Source: a virus
Taxonomy: Duplodnaviria; Caudoviricetes
Length of the DNA stretch: 64,000 nt
Direction: 5' to 3' (one strand)
IMG/VR virus record: IMGVR_UViG_3300025718_000005
Coordinates: 1,976 to 65,975 of that record
Below the pieces are notes generated by a model. That model did not search any database, had not been told where the DNA came from, and was given only the letters and a program-made list of their open reading frames with translations. Position 1 is the stretch's first letter; each line of letters starts with the position of its first letter. Shown piece after piece: positions 57,522-64,000 of the stretch. The position numbers and the translations under genes are program-made.

Positions 57522-58412
57522 ATGGCATTAACAAGATATGATGATCAGAATCCCAATATAAGTTTAACAGGAACATGGTCTTTTGCTACAGATGGTGGGT
57601 ACTTAAATACCTACCACTATAACAATGAGATAGGGGCGTCTGCTAGATTTAATTTTACGGGTAGTTCTTTACAATTATATGGTAGTGTGAATACCAATAG
57701 GTCTACGTCTATATCGGTGTTTGTTGATAATTTTTTAATTGGTACATTCAGCCAATATGCTGGCTCTGGGGTTCCCAGTATTGATTTTACAACAAACAGT
57801 CTTAGTAATACCGAACATTATTGTAGGGTCGTTAATAATACGACAGGTCTGTATGTGCTTGATGCTATCGACATAGACTCCACAGGAATACTAAAACCCT
57901 ATAATACATTAACTGTAGGTCAAGTGTGGACAACACCACCAGCAGGAATGACTAGATATGATAATACTAATAGTAGTATAGCTTATATTGGCACAGGATG
58001 GTCGCCAGATACGAATTCTGGTTATTACAATAATACGCTTAATGCTACAAATGTCAATGGAGATAGCGTGAAGTTTAATCTCATTGGTACAAAATTTATG
58101 CTTATTGGGAGGATACATCCCCTTTATAGTGGTTCAATAAGTGTTTATGTTGATGGTATAAATAAATTAAATGCCAGTTTATACAATTCTACCCCAATAG
58201 ATCAAGTATGCTATGGGAGCATAACAGGACTATCTATTAATGAACATTCTGTACAAATAATAAACAATACCACCTCATGGATGGGGATTGATGCTATAGA
58301 TATTGATAGTGCAGGATTACTTAAACCATATAATGCTAATCCTCCTAAATATATTATACCTAACCCTTTAAAAACTTATCACTACTTACCATTCTCAATG
58401 GAGCGACTATAA
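57522..58412 (+). CDS. Adhesin cassette 2: two tandem galactose-binding-like domains
   Basis: Internal duplication TRYDD..TGTW...LDAIDIDS.G.LKPYN / TRYDN..GTGW...IDAIDIDS.G.LKPYN. Confidence 0.65.
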   Translation: MALTRYDDQNPNISLTGTWSFATDGGYLNTYHYNNEIGASARFNFTGSSLQLYGSVNTNRSTSISVFVDNFLIGTFSQYAGSGVPSIDFTTNSLSNTEHYCRVVNNTTGLYVLDAIDIDSTGILKPYNTLTVGQVWTTPPAGMTRYDNTNSSIAYIGTGWSPDTNSGYYNNTLNATNVNGDSVKFNLIGTKFMLIGRIHPLYSGSISVYVDGINKLNASLYNSTPIDQVCYGSITGLSINEHSVQIINNTTSWMGIDAIDIDSAGLLKPYNANPPKYIIPNPLKTYHYLPFSMERL

Positions 58413-58454
58413 TGAAGAAATTTATTTGTAATAAATTTAGAAAGGAGGAACTAA

Positions 58455-58985
58455 ATGGCATTTATTCGTGATCCAAACAATCTTATTCCTATAATGACTA
58501 GTGATGTTGATCCAAAAGGAAAAGTAATTTATAGCACACAATTTGCTGGTTATTATGGATGGAAAGCATTTTCTGGTCAACTATTAACCTGGGCAGATGC
58601 TTGGATTAATGGAGTAGACAATGGATGGATTGGTTATGATTTTGGTACTGCTAGATGTGTTAATCAGTATAGGATTTATTGCGAAACTGATAATCCGCTA
58701 CGTGTTCCTGCTTATTGGACTTTTGATGGATGGAATGGCGTATCTTGGGTTGTCTTAGATGTTCAAAATAATGTTACTGGTTGGGTGGATTTTGTAGGAA
58801 AAACATTTAACATCAAAAATGTATCTTGGTATACAAAATATAGACTAAATATTTTATCACCAGAAGATGGATATGTAGCTGTGGGTAAATTGGAAATGAT
58901 GGGGTTAACAAGTAGATCACAACCACTCAACCCTCAGATATACTATCAAACTCAAATGGAATCCTCATACCCAATGGGACAGTAA
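58455..58985 (+). CDS. Adhesin cassette 3: discoidin/F5-8 type C-like domain
   Basis: GWKAF, WIGYDFG, P..WTFDGWNG..W.VLD, KYRLNI. Confidence 0.7.
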   Translation: MAFIRDPNNLIPIMTSDVDPKGKVIYSTQFAGYYGWKAFSGQLLTWADAWINGVDNGWIGYDFGTARCVNQYRIYCETDNPLRVPAYWTFDGWNGVSWVVLDVQNNVTGWVDFVGKTFNIKNVSWYTKYRLNILSPEDGYVAVGKLEMMGLTSRSQPLNPQIYYQTQMESSYPMGQ

Positions 58986-58997
58986 GTAAACCAAGGA

Positions 58998-59029
58998 ACT
59001 CTGCAAATAGGCAGGGTTATTTTTATGCC
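58998..59029 (+). terminator. Intrinsic terminator + TTATGCC
   Basis: AACTCTGC...GCAGGGTT, T-tract, TTATGCC 59023-59029. Confidence 0.65.
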
Positions 59030-59063
59030 AAAATATAAATAAAAAATAAGGAGTGATTTAACA

Positions 59064-59405
59064 ATGGTTGAATCTTATATTACAAACATATTTAAAGACT
59101 TTGGACTTTCTGAGGAAACAGAATTTGCACCAGAGGTGTTTTTCCCTTTATATGCAAAGTATAACAAGTTGCAAGAACTGGCGAATGCACAGGCCAATCT
59201 AGCCAATCTAGAAAATCAACTTGTCTATCCAAAATCCAGAGTAGAACAATTGAACGCTAATATTTTAGTTGCTATAGGCGATACGAAATTAACTTTAGAA
59301 GCTGAATTGGCAAGTGTTAATGATCAAATTACATCTTTACAATCTCAGATTGCTACTCAGCAAGCTACTATAGATCTATTAAAAAATGAAATGGGGATGA
59401 TCTAA
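59064..59405 (+). CDS. Coiled-coil hypothetical protein
   Basis: RBS AAGGAG; heptads. Confidence 0.55.
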   Translation: MVESYITNIFKDFGLSEETEFAPEVFFPLYAKYNKLQELANAQANLANLENQLVYPKSRVEQLNANILVAIGDTKLTLEAELASVNDQITSLQSQIATQQATIDLLKNEMGMI

Positions 59406-59406
59406 T

Positions 59407-59817
59407 ATGGCAAATAGATTTAGTAATATTACAACTGTTATTTCTGCAACTGATTCCGTAATGGTCAATAGCACATATACATTATTTGCTCAAATAATTG
59501 CTACAGATCAGGCAATTTGCGGAGAGTTATATTTGCAATCTAAACTAACAACTGGTAGTGCCAGTCAAAAATACGATGTTTATGCAGTATGCAGTGAAGA
59601 TGGGATTACCTTTGAGGATGCTAATGTAGCAAATAATAAGTTAATTGGCACAGTCAATTTCATTAATGATACAGGAACTTATCATATCTATAGAATTCCT
59701 TTAGATGGTCTAAGTGTTGTAAGTAAGTATATGAAAATTGCTTTACTTCCTGCTAGTGCCAGCGCAGGAACAATCTTGGCAGGTAGTTTGAAAATAGTTA
59801 TTAGGAGTCCTAAGTAA
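59407..59817 (+). CDS. Hypothetical beta-rich protein
   Basis: Coupled; late region. Confidence 0.5.
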   Translation: MANRFSNITTVISATDSVMVNSTYTLFAQIIATDQAICGELYLQSKLTTGSASQKYDVYAVCSEDGITFEDANVANNKLIGTVNFINDTGTYHIYRIPLDGLSVVSKYMKIALLPASASAGTILAGSLKIVIRSPK

Positions 59818-59920
59818 ATAACTGAGGTGATAACATGCCGCGAGAACCATGCCGCTAATGCGGTTATTTTAAATTCACGGAGCCAATTGTGGGCTCTATT
59901 TTTATTGGGGGTGGTGAGAG

Positions 59921-60355
59921 TTGGATCAACACTGCGAAAAACACGAATTTGCAATAGGCCAACAAGGTACACAGATTACCGACTTATACGGGAAACTTGG
60001 GCTACTGGCAACACTACCCGGCAAGGTTGATACGCAAACAGAGGTATTAAAGGAATTAGTAGTAGGCATGCAATCACTATCAGACCACAAGGCACAAATT
60101 GCGGTGTTGTGTGAAATAGTATCAGATTATAAACTTCATAAAACTGAATACCTGGAGTTTAAAAAGGATTATTCAGAATTTAAGATTAGAGCAAATCTAG
60201 TAGATCCTGATCAGGTAGATGATGACCATGACGTTGTAATTAAAATGGACGCTGAGTGGAAATTAGTAAAATACGTTATTCCAACTGTTTCAGCTGGAGC
60301 GGGTGCCGCATTAGGATTATTCCTCGACTACTTGAAGACAAAGATAGGTGGCTAA
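59921..60355 (+). CDS. Lysis accessory protein (coiled coil + C-terminal TM)
   Basis: TTG start after GGTGGTGAG; C-terminal hydrophobic segment; precedes the holin. Confidence 0.6.
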   Translation: MDQHCEKHEFAIGQQGTQITDLYGKLGLLATLPGKVDTQTEVLKELVVGMQSLSDHKAQIAVLCEIVSDYKLHKTEYLEFKKDYSEFKIRANLVDPDQVDDDHDVVIKMDAEWKLVKYVIPTVSAGAGAALGLFLDYLKTKIGG

Positions 60356-60584
60356 CATGAAGATATTCAGAGATTTATTAATGACCCTTTATGACGACAC
60401 AGAGGGGAAGCTAATTTCCCTTCCACGTGTCGTCTTTGCTTTATCCTGTTTGTGTGTAGTAATTGCGTGGGTAGCAGACCAGTTTCTTAATTATCACTAC
60501 GCCAACATGACTCAACTTGTAGGATGGTCTACGGCTAATGCCGGGGCTTATGCAGTTAAGAAATATGTAGAGGGAGGTAAATAA
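60348..60584 (+). CDS. Holin (putative)
   Basis: 78 aa, two hydrophobic segments, charged C-terminus. Confidence 0.65.
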   Translation: MANMKIFRDLLMTLYDDTEGKLISLPRVVFALSCLCVVIAWVADQFLNYHYANMTQLVGWSTANAGAYAVKKYVEGGK

Positions 60585-60586
60585 AT

Positions 60587-60769
60587 ATGAGTTGGGGTTT
60601 TATTAAAATAATGCTTATCCACGTTAGTGGTATTGCAGGCCTATGCGGTGGCTGGTATGCGCTTAGCGTTGGACAATTGTATCTAGGATATGCGTTATTA
60701 GCAGTCGGAGCAATCCCGTTGCTGTTTTGCTTAAGTGCATATTGCCTGTTACGAAATTTTAAAATGTAG
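60587..60769 (+). CDS. Small two-TM protein (second holin/antiholin?)
   Basis: Hydrophobic, inside the lysis cassette. Confidence 0.5.
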   Translation: MSWGFIKIMLIHVSGIAGLCGGWYALSVGQLYLGYALLAVGAIPLLFCLSAYCLLRNFKM

Positions 60770-60782
60770 AGGAGATTAAATT

Positions 60783-61331
60783 ATGATAATTTGTATTGAT
60801 CCTGGTCACGGTGGATCAGATCCAGGTGCAGGAGGTAACGGATTGCGCGAATGCGATATTGCATTGATTGTAGCCTTAAAGGCTAAAGGGTATTTGCAAG
60901 CCGTTGGGCACAGTATCTTTATGACTAGGGAGACAGACAAGGACGTAGGGTATGCTTACGACTCAGTAGTTGAGGAATTACAGCCTAGATGTGATATCTC
61001 GAACAGAGCTGATTCTGATATTTTGGTGTCTATTCACTGCAATGCTTTTAACTCTGAGGCAAACGGCACTGAGACATTTTATTATGCGGGCAGTGACAAC
61101 GGTCGCAAATTAGCGGAGTGCGTGCAAAGCCAGATTATTGGATTAGGCGGACTAACAGATCGCGGTGTTAAAAATACGTCGTTGTATATGACTAAGCATC
61201 CTAATGCTGTAGCGATTTTAGTCGAGCTGGCTTTTATTGATCAGGCAGACGATTCGGCAAAACTTGGTGATCCCGCATGGCAAGATGATTTTGCCCGGGC
61301 CATCGCAAGGGGGATAACAGATTATGTTTAA
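60783..61331 (+). CDS. Endolysin, N-acetylmuramoyl-L-alanine amidase (Amidase_3)
   Basis: IDPGHGG.DPGA, E, VSIHCNA, AILVELAFID. Confidence 0.93.
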   Translation: MIICIDPGHGGSDPGAGGNGLRECDIALIVALKAKGYLQAVGHSIFMTRETDKDVGYAYDSVVEELQPRCDISNRADSDILVSIHCNAFNSEANGTETFYYAGSDNGRKLAECVQSQIIGLGGLTDRGVKNTSLYMTKHPNAVAILVELAFIDQADDSAKLGDPAWQDDFARAIARGITDYV

Positions 61332-61959
61332 TAGTTTAACAGCGAGGGGTAAAATTATCCTCTCGCTTATTTTAGTTGTTGTCGTATTGGTGGTATGTGG
61401 TGCTGGATATTATGCATGGCAGAAACACTCTGATACCGTAGATAAATTACAGCAGGCCACAGTGTTGAGTCAACAACAAGCCCAGGATGCAAATGTCCTA
61501 CAGAATAAACTAGACCTGAGTAAGCAAAATGCTGAGATGTTGGCCAGCTTTATTAAACAAGCTCAAGCAGGCCAGGTGCAGCCAATAAATAATTTTACAG
61601 TCCAGGCGCCAGACGTCCAGCAAGCAGCAGAACAGGTAGCCAATCGTATTAATGCCAAAGATCCCACATTGCCTCCTGCAGCATTAGAAAAGACTGACAA
61701 TACTATTGTGACACCTAATATAAATAAAACTCCTCAGGCTAATTATGATGTTGCTGTATTTAAAAATAATAATTATAGGAATTGGGAATGGTCTGCCGGC
61801 TATGGCCAGCATGGCGGTGATCGATATATTCCGGTAGAGCTACAGCGGAATTTTAGCAAGGATGCTGCTGTGAGTGCGGAGTATCATTATGGTGGCAATG
61901 AAAAAGGTTTTGAGGTTAAGTATACTCATAAGACTGATAAGTTATTTTTGCTATTTTGA
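61324..61959 (+). CDS. Spanin-like protein (N-terminal TM, coiled coil, C-terminal amphipathic beta strands)
   Basis: Overlaps the endolysin stop; topology read from the sequence. Confidence 0.5.
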   Translation: MFNSLTARGKIILSLILVVVVLVVCGAGYYAWQKHSDTVDKLQQATVLSQQQAQDANVLQNKLDLSKQNAEMLASFIKQAQAGQVQPINNFTVQAPDVQQAAEQVANRINAKDPTLPPAALEKTDNTIVTPNINKTPQANYDVAVFKNNNYRNWEWSAGYGQHGGDRYIPVELQRNFSKDAAVSAEYHYGGNEKGFEVKYTHKTDKLFLLF

Positions 61960-62061
61960 AACGTCCATGGGATGCATACCGTAACGCCATAATGGTTATC
62001 AATAGCTTTATACGTGTGCATCACGTAAAAAATAAGTGCTATAATAAGAGTAGAGAGGGAA

Positions 62062-62353
62062 GTGTTTTAAAACGAGATGTACAATCATTAAGAATATACT
62101 AGTCCATATAAGTGGCGATGATATTAGCGCTGAAGAATTATCAATCTATCTTAGTGTGGCTCAGGTCAAGCAAAAACATAAGATTATTAAGGCTAATGTT
62201 GCTGTGGATGGTGAGTATGTAAGTATCCACTCCATATTCGATCCGGTACCCTTCGACCGCATACGCCGCATCACCGGCTACCTTGTAGGCAGTACTAATC
62301 GTTGGTGTGATAGTAAGCGGGCGGAGGAACACGATAGGGTTAAGCATGGGTAG
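62062..62353 (+). CDS. Stand-alone NrdD C-terminal (glycyl-radical loop) peptide; 5' end uncertain
   Basis: FDRIRRITGYLVGSTNRWCDSKRAEEHDRVKH; the frame is open upstream of 62156, but the RBS-linked GTG at 62062 is one base out of frame. Confidence 0.75.
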
Positions 62354-62392
62354 GTGATTCCATGCAAATACAATAATGTAAAATAAATGAAG

Positions 62393-62432
62393 TTATCCAC
62401 AAATATCCATCTTATAAACAGGTTTATCCACA
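62393..62432 (+). promoter_or_regulatory. DnaA-box cluster
   Basis: TTATCCACA at 62393-62401 and 62424-62432, with degenerate boxes between them (TTATAAACA 62412-62420). Confidence 0.65.
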
Positions 62433-62436
62433 CGAA

Positions 62437-62476
62437 GGCCACTATCGAGCGTAATTGCTTGGTAGTGGCCTTTTTT
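62437..62476 (+). terminator. Strong intrinsic terminator
   Basis: GGCCACTA...TAGTGGCC + T6. Confidence 0.8.
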
Positions 62477-62486
62477 AGTTACTTAA

Positions 62487-62511
62487 AGGATAATATTAAT
62501 AACAGTCGAAT
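62487..62511 (+). promoter_or_regulatory. SigH-type promoter (putative)
   Basis: AGGA(62487-62490)-17 nt-GAAT(62508-62511), the B. subtilis sigma-H spacing. Confidence 0.5.
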
Positions 62512-62543
62512 ACTTTCCATGATAAATAGTAGGAGGTATTTTT

Positions 62544-62819
62544 GTGGCTGAAGAAAAAATGCATAATCCAGAGGATTTTATTGATGTACCAGCTCCAACT
62601 CATGGTAAGGATGTCTATTATAGAGTATGTTATGGTACAGTGATCTGGCCTAATAAAGAGGAGCATAAGGCAATATTTACAGTAATGAGCTATCCAGATA
62701 GAATTAATTATCGTTCAGTTGCGCATATGATAACTACCCCGAGTAATGCTAATAGCCTATCAGAATTTGATCAAGTTTTAGCTGCCATGCAGAAATTAAG
62801 AGATAGATATTGTAAGTAA
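62544..62819 (+). CDS. Hypothetical moron protein
   Basis: Own promoter, RBS AGGAGG and terminator (62825-62864). Confidence 0.6.
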   Translation: MAEEKMHNPEDFIDVPAPTHGKDVYYRVCYGTVIWPNKEEHKAIFTVMSYPDRINYRSVAHMITTPSNANSLSEFDQVLAAMQKLRDRYCK

Positions 62820-62881
62820 TTGTTTAGCCGCCTTGCTCTTAATTGGGTGAGGCGGCTATTTTATTTGCCAACAACTACTAC

Positions 62882-62927
62882 TTGCTTTTTGAGTACCTTA
62901 ACTCTATAATGAGTAGAACATACGTTT
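62882..62927 (+). promoter_or_regulatory. Sigma-A promoter with LexA (Cheo) box
   Basis: TTGCTT(62882-62887)-17-TATAAT(62905-62910); GAAC-atac-GTTT at 62916-62927. Confidence 0.75.
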
Positions 62928-62950
62928 GTAGAGGAAAAGGTGATATTATT

Positions 62951-64000
62951 GTGAGTCGTACAATTTTGCACGTTGACCTTAATAACTTTTACGCATCTGT
63001 AGAGTGTTTGTACCGACCGGAAATCCGCGATAAACCTGTTATTGTTTGTGGTGATATTGAGGCACGCCATGGTATAGTCCTCGCGAAAAATTATCCTGCA
63101 AAGGCTCTAGGAGTCAAAACAGGTGAAGCAATATGGCAAGCAAAACAAAAGTGTCCAGGACTAGTAGCGGTGCAGGCTGATTATAGCAAGTATCTGCGAT
63201 TTTCTAAGTTAGCGCGAAAGATATATGCTGATTATAGTGAAAAAATTGAAGCATTTGGGATCGATGAAAATTGGATCGATATCTCTGGAACAGAAAAAAT
63301 GTTCGGGACTGGACCGGAAATCGCAGATGTAATTCGAAAACGATTGCGTGATGAACTTGGATTAACTGGATCTGTTGGTGTGTCATGGAATAAAATATTT
63401 GCTAAGCTGGGCAGTGATATGAAAAAGCCAGATGCGACGACGATTATTATGGAAGATAATTTTAGAGATAAAGTGTGGCCACTACCAGTTGGCGATTTAC
63501 TTTATGTCGGCCGTTCAACCAGGCAAAAACTCGAGAACAGAGCCATATATACAATTGGTGATCTTGCAACGCGCGATGTCAGTGATCTGAAGCGAATGCT
63601 TGGAGTTTGGGGAGAAACATTATGGTACTTCGCCAACGGCCTTGACTCGGCTGCGGTACGGAAATCCGGTGAAGAAAGTATTGTTAAATCAGTTGGGAAT
63701 AGTACCACTACCCCTAGAGACCTAATAAATAATGAGGATGTAAAACTAATTATCTATGTACTTGCTGAGAGTGTGGCGGCTAGGTTACGCAAACATGGTC
63801 TCAAGTGCAAGACTGTATCGATCAGTGTAAGAGGCAATGATCTTATATCTTTTGAGAGACAAGGTAAGGCCTCTGGTCCAACATTTTTATCGGGTGATAT
63901 TGCAAAAAAGGCGATGGAACTTTTCATTGAAAATTATCGCTGGAATAATCCTATTCGTAGTCTTGGTGTTCGGGGGAGCGATTTAGTGACGGCTGATGGG
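62951..64000 (+). CDS. dinB: Y-family DNA polymerase IV (DinB), truncated by the window edge; absent from the ORF track
   Basis: GTG 62951: ILHVDLNNFYASVE, AKNYPAK..GVKTG, FGIDE, SVGVSWNKIFAKLGSD.KKPD. Confidence 0.93.
   Translation, partial: MSRTILHVDLNNFYASVECLYRPEIRDKPVIVCGDIEARHGIVLAKNYPAKALGVKTGEAIWQAKQKCPGLVAVQADYSKYLRFSKLARKIYADYSEKIEAFGIDENWIDISGTEKMFGTGPEIADVIRKRLRDELGLTGSVGVSWNKIFAKLGSDMKKPDATTIIMEDNFRDKVWPLPVGDLLYVGRSTRQKLENRAIYTIGDLATRDVSDLKRMLGVWGETLWYFANGLDSAAVRKSGEESIVKSVGNSTTTPRDLINNEDVKLIIYVLAESVAARLRKHGLKCKTVSISVRGNDLISFERQGKASGPTFLSGDIAKKAMELFIENYRWNNPIRSLGVRGSDLVTADG

Larger units (their letters stand above)
1..62353. mobile_element. Temperate siphovirus-type prophage (left end, integrase and att sites not in the window; right boundary not resolved)
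   Basis: Complete ordered modules from immunity to lysis. Confidence 0.95.

Noticed and set aside
55433-59817. Diversity-generating retroelement acting on tail fibres
   Set aside because: No reverse transcriptase and no near-identical TR/VR pair differing at adenines; the duplication in 57522-58412 is old and diverged at all bases
3278-63708. Many 60-130 aa ORF-track entries antisense to or nested in long genes (e.g. 3278-3472, 18193-18579, 22876-23262, 48707-49099, 63204-63386)
   Set aside because: Shadow frames of well-supported genes, with no RBS or recognisable motifs
1-64000. CRISPR array or mini-array
   Set aside because: No regularly spaced direct repeats seen; the 21-bp motif copies are kilobases apart

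Overview
The window is almost entirely one large (>63 kb) temperate siphovirus-type prophage of a spore-forming Firmicute. The host is most likely a diderm Negativicute; this is inferred from the Spo0A/SigH homologues, a lambda/GTA-like tail tip and a spanin-like lysis gene. Left to right: (1) immunity switch (ImmA-like protease start, XRE repressor, face-to-face promoters with operators, Rha, Cro-like, Xis-like); (2) a stand-alone Spo0A DNA-binding domain; (3) a large self-contained replication/recombination module (split SbcC + SbcD, beta-clamp-like, TOPRIM protein, RecU, SF2 helicase, AEP-primase/MCM fusion, SigH-like sigma factor, PolA, nucleotide-metabolism enzymes); (4) small accessory genes and an AT-rich putative origin; (5) packaging genes interrupted by a tyrosine recombinase with its own sites and a tRNA-like element; (6) head genes including a MuF-TNT toxin/immunity pair; (7) tail with a programmed -1 frameshift, tail tip and adhesin cassettes; (8) lysis; (9) a free NrdD glycyl-radical-loop peptide, DnaA boxes and an SOS-regulated dinB running off the right edge. 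The most notable unexplained signal is a 21-bp motif, ATTAGACA-N5-TGTACAAA, present in four copies that match at all 16 fixed positions, each just before a replication-module gene (including the SigH-like gene). It resembles tandem Spo0A boxes and suggests a phage-encoded Spo0A/SigH circuit. All family assignments come from motif recognition by eye; no database searches were run.
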